NCBI GenBank assembly: GCA_013239625.1
Contig: MU054323.1
Location: 17,860,029-17,924,028 of the forward strand
Origin: Lama guanicoe
Lineage: Eukaryota
Reading direction: 5' to 3'
DNA: 64,000 bases
The notes under the pieces were generated by a model that did not search any database, had not been told where the DNA came from, and saw only the letters and a program-made list of their open reading frames with translations. Positions 12,936 through 24,035 of this stretch are shown here, one piece after another. A program made the position numbers and the translations under genes. The stretch's first letter is position 1. Each line of letters opens with the position of its first letter.

Positions 12936-13563
12936 AACTATAAAAGTGTACAGTTGTTTAAATGAAACCAAGTAGACCCACTCTACGTAGCCTCCTCGTA
13001 ATTAACTTCAGGACAATTCCATGGATGTCTTTAGAGATACTTACGTTGTAAAGACATGGTGGCTGTCCTTTGTATTAGCACATTTAGGTGTAAGGTCAAA
13101 GGCTGCACATTTGTGAAGCAATTTATTGCAGACTGGCTGGAAGGAACCCAAGGTGATATGGTCACAGAACCCCTGCCTGGGCCTCCGTTCCAGACGGCAT
13201 GGATGGGGAATGGTGGAGCTCCTAGACATCATGTATTTGTACTGACTAAGGTGGTCATGGCCCACCAGAGGTGAATTATGGTTCTTCTTTCCTGGCCTTG
13301 GTAATTCCAGCTGCTTATATAAGCATTCCACTTGAATTAGAGTAGAGAGATGGTTTTCTGCAGATCTAGTTGGTACCTGGTAGCTGTAAGTAAATATTTG
13401 CTAATACCTAGATTTGTAGTGTGCATATTTGGCAATGACTTGTAAAAGTAATGGACTTTTCTTTCGACTGAACTATTGGCCTTATTAGTACCATCTCCCA
13501 AACAATAGAATCCTAATCTTTTCACTAATCAACACAATGATCATGAACCTACCCCTACCGGGC

Positions 13564-14146
13564 TGTGTTTTAAGACGTAGCTTTATTCAGGTATGGAGAG
13601 GACAAAAGATCAAGAGGTGACTGCCACTGAAAAAATAGTTTGTTACTTGCAGTTCCCAAGGGAAGGGGCTACGCCTTGGGAGGAGGGAGAGGGGGAGGGC
13701 AAGCAGTGGGATCCACCAGGAGGCAGAAGGAGCAAGGGGGAAACTAGGGCAAGAGACCTCATTTTCTAGGTCTCAGGTTCCTCAGCTATAAAACTGGGAT
13801 TGTGAAGTTTGTGCCTTCTGCGGGAAGAAACAGGTGAGGCAGGGTGAAAACGTTTAACATTGGCTAGTTTGAATGATTCCAGTGGGTTCTGGGGCATAAG
13901 GGCTGTCGCTAGCTGTTTGATACCCTGGTCTTGGGGTGATTAGGGCTGGGGACAGTGGCTCAGCATGTGGAAGCCCAGTAAGGGGAGTGTCAGGGCAGGC
14001 TCTGGCTTCGTTGTTGCATATGAAGGGTGTACTCTAGGATGAGTTCTTTGCTGTCTCTGGAGTTGGCTAGCCCTGGGAGGGGCAGTTTCTCCGAAGTCAG
14101 TAAGACCCCAAGGTGTCAAAGGCACACAATAAAAAGGCATGCTACA
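13564..14146. mobile_element. Solo LTR, MER21/MER68/MER77-like (subfamily uncertain)
   Basis: TG...CA ends; motifs CTGCCACTGAAAAAATAGTTTGTTACTTGCAGTTCCCAAG, ATTGGCTAGTTTGAAT and GGGGTGATTAGGGC recalled from this LTR group. Confidence 0.7.
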
Positions 14147-16229
14147 GGATGATATAAATTAACTTACCTTAAAAGGAAGAAAAGAATTGTCAAGCAGGAG
14201 TGCTAATAAAAATTGGGTATATAACCTATCACTCTGTGTAATATTAAGCGTGCGGACACAGTACACTTTCATTGTGGATCATGGGTTTAGCATCAGTTAG
14301 TGTAGGAGAGGATTGTATGTGTTTCCTTCCAAGACCGCTAGATTATTTCGTCACTTGAGATAGTTTATTTCTTCAGTTCTCCTGCAGTGAAGTGATACAA
14401 TTACCAGGTGGCAGTGGGTTCTTAGTGGTGGGATTTTACTGGCCCCTCCCACCTCATCTGCATATACATACACATGTTATTAACCTACTTGTCAAGTTGA
14501 GAGATGATATGTATTTACAAATACCTGTGAGTGTATGCAAGTTGACATACACATACCTTTTATCAAGGTGCAGGAAGACAAAACATAACCCTTAATATAA
14601 GCACCATGGAATATCAACAAAAACACATCTTAAAGTTGAAAAAGATTTATCACACTATCGCCCCTCCACTCCCAACACTTGTCCCTTCCCTTGTCCAGTT
14701 AGAGAAAAGATCTCTGAAAAATGTACAAATAAGCAGACATCTTTCATTTTTCCAGGAATGACGTACATATAGACATCATCTGGGTCAATAGATCTGTTTG
14801 CCGTACATATGGTACCCATAAGTGAGTCTCCTTAAAAGATTAGCTCATATGCATTACTGAACATTGGTCTTGACTTTACAATGAGCGACTCTAACCTCTT
14901 CTACATGCACCCACAGGATGTGCACACCCTCTTGAATACCAGGAGGCAGGGCCAGCCGCTGGCTTCCACAGAGCATCACTGGCCTATGTGCTGAGAATTT
15001 TCTCCCACACAGGCCTGCCAAGACCATGCTTATACATAAACACATTTTATATCCATTTGCTGGTTCAGCCAGAGAAGCAAAGGGGAGCCAGAAGCTCTCT
15101 CTGTTGGAAGAGTACAACTTAACCCTTTAGAGGTAAACTGATATTTCATGACCTCATTTATGGCTACACAACCATCCTTCCTCTAAATCTCTACTCAAGT
15201 CTCTTCTTAAAATGGTGCTAATTAGACACATGTAACCTAATTACCAATAACTAACCTAATGCATTTTTTATCATAACATCATTAACAAGGGAAATAAGCC
15301 CCAGTGCCAAGCAACAGTGACTGGCACAGACTTTCTGTGCTTTACGCTGACACTCCAACTGTGTTCTTGACACCGTTGACTTTTATGATGCTAAGAATAT
15401 AAACGTTCTTCAGTTTCTCCTCCTCTCCTTTTTTGGTTTGTTTGTTTTTGGCTATTTCTCCATAAAGTATTCATGACCTGTCCACATTCCCCTGGATTTA
15501 TTAACTTAGCTCCTTTTGTATCTACTAGTTAGCCTTGATGTCTTTCCTTCCTCCTGTGCAATAAATTCCTCCTCTGGAACAATACTGCTCATTCAGTAGA
15601 CACCTGCCTTATAGGTAACTCTCAAGATACTTGGGTCCTTGTTCAGAGTCCATACTTGGAGTCCAAAGGCAACCTCTAGGGTCTTGATGACTTGGGTTTG
15701 GGTAATTAGGGCAATCGCTGCAGATGCTCCATTCTGTCAAATGCCAGGTAGAAAGCCGTTCTGACTGAGTTCAAAGTGAAGAAAAAACAAAACCTCCCCA
15801 GCTGTTTGATACAGGAAATAGCTCATGGTTCTGCACAAATCTATAAAACTCACTGAGCGCATCTTTCCTGTGACGGTAGGGGGACACAATCATTGGCACT
15901 CAGGCTTCTCTGTGACTTTCTGGACAATTCACCTCAGTCATTCTCAAGCCTTTTCCTATTGCTGGATGGCAGATAGAGCAGCACCTTGGGCGAGAGAATG
16001 AGTGTTCAGCTGAAGGAAACGCCTGGAGAATATAGACACCTGGAGCACCGGAGGATTGGCGCAAACATTCACTCTCCAGCTGTTGGGAATTTTAGTTGTT
16101 ATATCTGGTGGAATTCAGTAGAATTCAGTAGATCCTTGGACTGTGATCAAAGGGGGAACAGGGTCAGGGAGGAGAGAAAGTACTGATGAATTGTGGGCTG
16201 CCTATTTGAAAAAGAAAGCTATTTAACAC

Positions 16230-16712
16230 TATATTAGTTTCCTTGCTGCTGTAATAAGTTACCATCTCCTAAAGGACTGAAAATAAGACAGCTGATTACC
16301 TTACAGTACCGTAGGTCGGAAGTCCAAAGTTAGTCTCACCAGGCTAAAGCCAAAGCATCAGTAGGGCTGCATTCCTTCCTAAAAGCTCTAGGGGAAAATC
16401 TGTTTCCTTGCCTTTTTCAGCTTCTAGAAGTTTCTTGCATTCCTTGGCTTGTGCCCTCCTTCCTCTATCTTCAAAGCCAGCAACAATGCATCTCTCTACC
16501 CTCTTTTCCATTGTACACCTTTCTCTGACTCTAGCCAGGAAAGTTTCTCTGGTTTTAAGAACATACATGATTAGATTGGACCCACTGGATATTCCAGGAT
16601 AATCGCCTCATTTCAAGATCCTTAATCACGTTCAGTCCCTTTTGCCACATAAGGTAACATATTCTTATGTTCTTGGGGTGGAGTGGGCAGATTATTGTAT
16701 TCGACCACAACC
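16230..16712 (-). mobile_element. MLT1 (ERVL-MaLR) solo LTR
   Basis: TATTAGTTTCC-TTGCTGCTGTAATAAGTTACCA...GCTCTAGGGGAAAATCTGTTTCCTTGCCTTTTTCAGCTTCTAGA...GATTAGATTGGACCCAC...AAGGTAACAT. Confidence 0.88.
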
Positions 16713-16959
16713 ACAAAGTTGATATCCCTACAGAAATAGAAAAAGGAAGTTTCTACCTTTAGATCTACCTTTTTTGTCTCCCTTAGATCTAATGGAATAC
16801 CTATAGATTTTTTTAAAATTCTCTATTTGACATCAAATTAGTCCATGATAAAGTGAAATTGTATTATAGGCAAGCAATAATAATAATATTAATTATATCG
16901 TAACTTTTCAATATTCAAATTATTAATTTAATTTCAGTTTTAGGAGTAATTTTCAGTTC

Positions 16960-18745
16960 TCCTTCCCCGTGTTTCTCCTTCAAACATACATGAGCTTTCT
17001 CTGCCTTCAAAAAAGCTTTAATCTTCCTGACCTTGCTAGCTGTAGAATAAATCCCTCCCTCCTTTGACTGTCAAAGTTCTCCCAAAATTAATCAATATGT
17101 GTTACCGTTTTTTCCCTTGCCTTCTATTCATTCATCCCCCAGACCCCAGAAGTTTGATTCCTGCCCTGCCTCCTCTATGGGTGATGACTTGCTAAAAGCC
17201 CAGGCGTCATGTTGCTGAGACCCTTTCTCACTCTTCTATTGGCTCCTGTATATTCCCGCTCTTCACAACACCATTGACCAGGCCCTTCTTGAAACTCCCC
17301 ATCCTGGCTTGGGTGGCTCTCCTGGTTGACTCGCAACAGGCTGCCAGACCCTGGTTCCTCATCCTCTACCCAGCCCTTGCCTCCAGATGCTATCTCTGTT
17401 CTTTTCTACACCAACTCCCACAGTTTCTCTAGGTAGATACCTGCTGAATCCACTTTTCTATCAGGTGGGCTTTTCTATACAGATATCTTTTTGTCCTCTC
17501 AAACTCAAATGGCCAGAGCTTAAATCTCCAAATCTGTGCTTAAATTTTGCCTCCTGATTTTATGTACCTACTTGCTTATATAAAGGTTGTTTATTTATTT
17601 CAGTCGACAGATCCATCATTGTCCTAGTCATCTTGGCTTGAATCTCCAGCATTTGTGTCTGATTCTTTTTATCCCCTTCAGCTGACGTATTCACTGTTTT
17701 TATTCATAATGTTTCTGGCATCTCCTCCTTTGCTTCCAGTGCTGTCCTTATGATTCTCATCACCCAGGCCTAGGTAATCTGAAGTCCTTCTCAGCACTTA
17801 CTTTACCACCACTGCTAGATTAATTCTGAATCTATCTTCTTTTTCTCCTTCTTCCTCTTCCTCTTCTTCAGGTACTGGGGATTGAACCCAGGACCTCATG
17901 CATGCTAGGCATACTCTTCCACTGAGCTATACCCTCCCCCAACAATCTCTTCTTCCATCATGTCATTCTTCTTTTCTTCATTACCTAAGATCTTACTGTT
18001 GTTTAAACCCTCTACAGTCTGAATATAATCAATATTTTCAAATTTATCTTAAACTTTCCATCACGAATACTCTATTCTAGCAGGACCAGGATAGTCACTA
18101 TCCCATGAACATGCCTTGTTCATTACAATCTCTGGGATCACATGGTTTTCCATTCCTGAAATACTATCTCTCTCTCCACCAATTTACTCTCATAGACCTT
18201 TCAAAGCTCAATCCCTAGTTGCCCCATCAATAATTCTTTGGCCATCTCCATTTTTAGGATTTCTCCTTCCTCTAAACACAGCCTCATTTGCAAAGCACAT
18301 TGTAAATCAGCAGAGAACTTCCGTAAGGTCCAATTATCCACCTACCCATCTTCTCGCAACTGTTACCATGTCCTGAACTCTTTCCACAGTTACTATGGAT
18401 GCACTCTGCAGGCACCTACCCAAGACAACCTCTCCACTTATCTACCAGAGCCCTTCCCTCTAGTCCATTCTCTGACTTGACTCCAACATTTCTACTTCTC
18501 TTTTCTGTATTAATATCTCCATCCCTTATGGATCATTTCCAAAACTATACAGGCATGCTGCTATCTTCTCATCTTCACTAGAACAAACAAACCCTCTCTT
18601 AATCCCACTTCTGCCTCTACCTATCATTCATTTTTAATCCTTCCTTTTATAGAAAAACTCCCTGACTTAAAAAAATATATAAAGTGCTTAGAACAATGCC
18701 TGGCAAATAGTATGTGATCAACGAATGTCAGCTACCTGCTATTAC
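16960..18745 (+). mobile_element. Degenerate L2 fragments (interrupted by a SINE)
   Basis: Pyrimidine-rich L2-like text (CCTTCTTGAAACTC, CTCAAACTCAAATGGCC, ACCACTGCTAGATTAAT); near the end GCTTAGAACAATGCCTGGCAAATAG. Confidence 0.5.
17836..17940 (-). mobile_element. tRNA-Ala-derived SINE (camelid-type) with GAA/GAG-rich tail
   Basis: Reverse complement reads GGGGGAGGGTATAGCTCAGTGGAAGAGTATGCCTAGCATGCATGAGGTCCTGGGTTCAATCCCCAGTACC, with Pol III A and B boxes. Confidence 0.9.
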
Positions 18746-21009
18746 TATATAAATCCAGAAACGCTCCATGGCTATCGGTGGCAGGTAGCAGGCAAGACAA
18801 TCAGGGAAACTGTAGATCTGGCCATTCTCCTAAGCATCAGCCCTCCAAATCTTTAAATACTCAAACCCACACTGAGCCAGGCTGGGGAATACTCATTCCA
18901 ACCCACTGTGACCTGTGCCTACCACTTGGTATGTTGCTTATTTTGTGCAGTTTTTTACCTACAATTTTATAGAATAATAGTATGTAGCTCACATTTCTTG
19001 ATCATGTGCTATTTGCTATTGCCACCTCCTTTTTCTTTGTCTTGAGAGTGCTTTCTATAGCTCCTCTTCTCCAAATCTCCTTTCAGATCCCAGGAACCCC
19101 AGACAACCTTAGTCCAGATCCTGGCTCTATCCTGGGTTGACCTCCCCCTTTCAGGATTCTATATCTGGTCTGCAGTCATTGCTACCAAATATAACACTTA
19201 AAAGGGTGTTCTATAAACCCAGTTAACAATACTGCCATGAGAGTCATTTTCAATCTCATTTTATTGACAAAAAGACCCTGGGCTTCTTTGCAAAAGTGGT
19301 TGATATGGAAAAGGGTAAAGTGCTGAGTGAGGATGGAAAAAGCAAGTAATTAAAACTATGCCCACAAAATTCAGGACAAACAAACAAACAGAAAAGCCAG
19401 TCAGCTTTCTGAAAAGGAAATTGAGAAAGTAAATAATTTCCCTAAATATTCAGAAAGTCTTGAAGTTGGGATAAAACTTCAGTGTTTAAAACTTCAAGGA
19501 TTTCTTTTGGCTAAATTCCAGGATTATTTGGAGAGAAGCCCCTTCTGTTGTGTTTTTGTTTCAGTGGGGCTCATAAGGGCACATGGTGGCCTGGCTGGAA
19601 AACACAAGTGACATCTCCCTCACTGTCAGCCCCCTCCCTGACTTGCCACTCACATGGTCCAAGGCTCTTGATCACATGCAGATGGCAGACACCAAATAAA
19701 TTAGGCAGAAGGAACTCATACATCAAAGCCACCTACTTGGACCCCTTTTTGGCCATTGGTGCATGTCCGCTCTCTCTTTTTTAATCAGCCTCATAAATCT
19801 GACCCTGACAAGGTCCTACCTCTCCATACCAATGTCGGAGGTGAGACAGTAATTTGTCCTCGAGCTTCTATTTGCATCTCCACTTGAGTAACCATCAATG
19901 CCACGTGGCACTCATTCGTTATCGGGGCTCAGGTGCTGCTGTGGGGAGGTGTGTGCCAAGCTCTGCCGAATGGGTTACTTCTTCCAAAAGAACAGGATGC
20001 TTCTCTAAGCACCGTGCGCATCCGATGATTGCACCCCACAGCGGCTGATGAAATGCTGGCATGCTGAGAGCTGTAGAGAACACAACACATTGTTATGTAT
20101 TCTTCAGAGTATCTGATTCATCATAGCTATTCACATACTGGCTGATGATTACCTGGACTCAAATAATTTTTCAAGAGGCTTATCCAAATCAAGAATTGAA
20201 GGAAAAGGAAAAATAAAGAGTTGTCTAAGGTAGAGGCATGGCTTTCAGAGGTGGGGGCAAATGCCTCCAGACCTGTGTTGAGTTCACCATGTTCAGGGAC
20301 ACTTGACTCAGCCTTTGTCTCTTGGTCTGGAGGATGTGAATCTGGGATGCCGGCTAAGATCACGTGGGCCAAGTTTGGATTTCTCATTGGAGAGCTGCCT
20401 TCTGGCTTCTAGCATGTGCATCTTGGCTGAGTCTTAGGTCCTTCCTGAGTCTTGCCTTTTACTCCCTGCCTTTCTTCAGGGGAGGCTGTCTCTTTTCCTC
20501 CTCTCATCCAGATGCTGCTGACAGCTGGCTTAATGTCCCCTGTCCTGTCAGGGCTTCCCCAGCCCCTTGCACGGGGAGGGGACATCCAGCTACTCCCTCT
20601 ATTCATTCCCCTGAAGTGATTTGTATCCATAAACATGGGCAGTCATTTTCTACAGAGGCCTTTCTATCTAGTCCATTTAGGGACCTTGCGAAAGGGAGAT
20701 ACCTTATCGTCCTCTGGCAGCTTATTTTGGCTGTTCACAGAGCACCATTAAACCCCTTTATGGGCTCATAACAAAATAGCCCATTGAAAGAGCATGATGG
20801 TTTCTCGTACTTTTGAACACTCATCATTCCACCAATACTATCAACGATTTATGTTTGTGGGAGCCTTATGGTGGGCCCTGCTGGCTTTTCACTGGGGCAC
20901 AGTCCTTGGGAGAGTAACGTTCCGTACCACACTAGGATCATGGCCTGCAGGTGTGAACAGTGCCCGGTGTTATTGTTGGCGCTGGTAAATAGCGGTAGTC
21001 ATGACAGCC

Positions 21010-21180
21010 GCCATATACGTGGGGCACTTGTACACGTCAGCCGTTACACTCTCTGGATTGCTAGTGCTTTATTTTCATCCTGTGTTTGATTCTCATAGTA
21101 GCTGTGAGAAGGATATTATTTCTCTGATCCCCATTTTACAGATGAGGAAACAGAGGCTTGGAGAGGCTGAGTAAATCCTC
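21010..21180 (-). mobile_element. MIR
   Basis: CCCATTTTACAGATGAGGAAACAGAGGCTTGGAGAGG. Confidence 0.85.
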
Positions 21181-21239
21181 CTCTCCATAAAATCATCACA
21201 TAGAACTTGATTGTCCTGTGGCTGTCATCAAAGCATATC

Positions 21240-22750
21240 CTTAGACTCCCCTATCTTGGCTTTGGGGACACGCATTTTCTTGTTTTTCCTCCTACCTTCT
21301 TTCCTGGTCTCCTTGGTGGCATTTCCTTCCTCAATGGAGCTTTTAAATGCTCAAGGGTTTTAGATCCTTCCTGGCCCTGAACCTCCTAGTTTTTCTAGCT
21401 ACACTTTCTCCTAAGCAGTCTCATCTAGTCCCATGAATCTGAATATCAACGTGCATGTAGCACCTATCTGCTGACATCTCTAAAATCTAAATCCTCCCTC
21501 CAGACTGCTGCCCTTGCATCCAGCTGAGATTTCTGAACGGCATCTCAAACTTAACACGCCCCAAACAGAATTTTTAACTTCATTCCCAAGAATGTTCCAC
21601 ACCTCAGTGCATGATAGTCATTCAGACACTGAAACCAGAAATATAGAGGCCTGGTTCTTGATTTCTTCTTTCCCTCATCTGGACTCACAGTAATTCTGTG
21701 TGTTCAACCTTGACCCACTTCTCTGTTCTGTCTGCTGCCTCTTTTTAGTCTAAGGTACTAAGATCCCTTGTCTGAGCAAAAGCTGAAAGAATTCAGCACC
21801 ACCAGACCAGCTTTACAACAAATGCTAATGGAACTTCTCCTGGCAGGAAAGAAAAGCCCAGAACTAGAAAGAAGAAAATTACAAAATGGAAAAGCTCACT
21901 GGTAAAGGCAAACAAACAGTAAAGGTAGGAAATCATTCTTGTAGCAACTAGTAGGAAGGGTAAAAGGCATTAGTAGTAAAATCATCAGTTTCCACAAGAA
22001 GCAATTAAGAGATACACAAAGCAAATGTAAAACGTGACATCAAAAACAGTAATCATGAGAGGAGGAGAGTAGACATGCAGGGTGCTTAAAATGTATTTGC
22101 AAATAAGAGATCAGCAACTTAAAGCAATTACGTATATATACAGAATGTTGTACCAAAACCTTATGGTAACTGCAAACCAAAAATCTGTAATAGATATACA
22201 CACAAAAAAGAAAAAGGGATCCAAACATAACGCTAAAGAGAGTCACCACATCACGAGAGAAGAGAACAAAAGAAGAAACTGATGAGAAGGACCTACTAAA
22301 ACAAATCCAAAACAATTAACAAAATGGCAGTAAAACATATATGTCAATAATTACTAATATCCCTTGTCTGAACTATTTGTAGTAGCCTTCTGACTGGTTT
22401 CCCTGCTTTCAGGCTTGCCATCCCCAGCCCCAATTCCTTTTTCACTCAGTCGTCTAAGTGACATTTAAAATATGAATCAACTTATGCCTCTCCCCTCCTT
22501 AAAACTCTCCAAAGGTTTCTTTTGACCCAAGTCCAAACCCCATAGAATGGCCACTGGCTAATGTTGTGACTACATCTCACACCACTCACTACCTCATTCA
22601 CTACTTTCCAGCTGCAGTTATCTCTTTCCAGTTCCTCCGTGATACAAAACTCTTGCATGCCTCAGGACCTTTGCACTGGCTCTTCCCTCTGCCTGGAATG
22701 CTCTCTCCCTGGCCCATAGGTGCTCACTAAATGTTAACTGAACAAATGAG
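21240..22750 (+). mobile_element. L2 3' region, split by an L1 fragment at 21776-22351
   Basis: GGCATCTCAAACTTAACACG, AGCCTTCTGACTGGTTTCCCTGC, CCTCAGGACCTTTGCACTGGCTCTTCCCTCTGCCTGGAATGC and terminal GTGCTCACTAAATGTTAACTGAACAAATGA. Confidence 0.8.
21776..22351 (+). mobile_element. Internal L1 fragment (ORF1 C-terminus, inter-ORF spacer, first codons of ORF2)
   Basis: Translates QKLKEFSTTRPALQQMLMELL (L1 ORF1p C-terminus) and ends AACAAAATGGCAGTAA...TATATGTCAATAATTAC (ORF2 start); flanked by a 20-bp direct repeat. Confidence 0.85.
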
Positions 22751-22949
22751 AATAGTAGATTGCCTCTCCTACATGAATAAGTAACATGCAAAAGAATCAT
22801 GTCATGAATAACTTATTTAGCTATTTGTATTTATGACATTTAAATCATGTGGGCTTGATATAATTAGGCTGTGGGTTTTTGAAGCATGTTTCTGTGTTTA
22901 CATGGCTGGAGGAGGGAGGAGAGGGAGGAAACACTACTTAGCATGTGGT

Positions 22950-23125
22950 AATTACGAATCATTAATCCTGAGAGGTAGATGTCGATATCCCTGGTTTTCA
23001 GAACTTGGGTGGTTCAGAGAGGTTAGGTGACCAGCTAAGGATGATCGGGTAGCGAGTAGTGGATTGAGAATTTATATGTGGTCCCACTCCAGCGCCTGTG
23101 TATTCTCCAGACCCTGGTGCCTTTG
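22950..23125 (-). mobile_element. MIR
   Basis: GGTTCAGAGAGGTTAGGTGACCAGCTAAGGATG. Confidence 0.65.
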
Positions 23126-23869
23126 AGTAGATGCAACTGAGGAGGTCCGAGGGTGAGAAAAAGGAGAGACACCTAAACACTAGCTTTTTGGTTTCCTGGA
23201 CAGCGTCACAGGCTGCTGTGAATTAGAGAGACTGAGTATCATAGTTATGTCCAGTTCCACCTTGGTTGTCAAATGTGGCCTGAATGAACTGAATTAGCCC
23301 CCAGCTTAGAAACCGAGTGTCTGTCCACACAAAAAAGGTGGAGCATATAGTTTGGGGTGGCGATTCATGAGCCATCATCTGCTAAAACGTCACACTCTGA
23401 GTGGGACTTAACATGGTTATGGGTTCCTTTGAATGTGTGTGTGTTTTTTTCCTTCACCATATGTGCTTAAAGGCGCCAAAAAGGAAACAGCTTAATCCAG
23501 GAATGTGAAAAAGAATGGTGACATTCCGTGGTGTGTCAGTGAAATGAGAAACTTATCAGGCACCGTCTATTTTGGGGGTTTGCGGTATTTTCTGGTTCCT
23601 GGCTTCTAGTTAGTGACAAAATGACGTGATGAATTACCACGTGCGTGGGGCAGAAGGAGCCCTCTGGTAGGTGCTACTTCTCAGATTTACTTTTGGCTTT
23701 GCCCTGGACTAAATTGACACATATACAGAAAATATCCTGTTTCCTCCAACCCCTAACGGAGATGTCATCTATTCCACTGGGCTTAACTGTATTCTTCCTT
23801 TTGGAAATTGATCTCTTTGTACTAGGTTTCCCTGCTGAATTCCGTCTGTACCTCTGTGAAAGCACTCAG

Positions 23870-24035
23870 CTCAGGCATCCCTTTTTATAGCCTCCTGCAT
23901 GTCTGTCTTTGTCCTCCACTAACCTAAAACTCCCTGAGAACACAGGCCATGCTCTTTTTCATCTTTGCATAATCCAGTGGGACCCAGCACAATAACTTAC
24001 ACTGGAGGTGCTCAATAAATGTTACTGAATCAAAA
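23870..24035 (+). mobile_element. L2 3' end
   Basis: AAACTCCCTGAGAACACAGGCCATG...CCCAGCACAAT...GGTGCTCAATAAATGTTACTGAAT. Confidence 0.7.
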
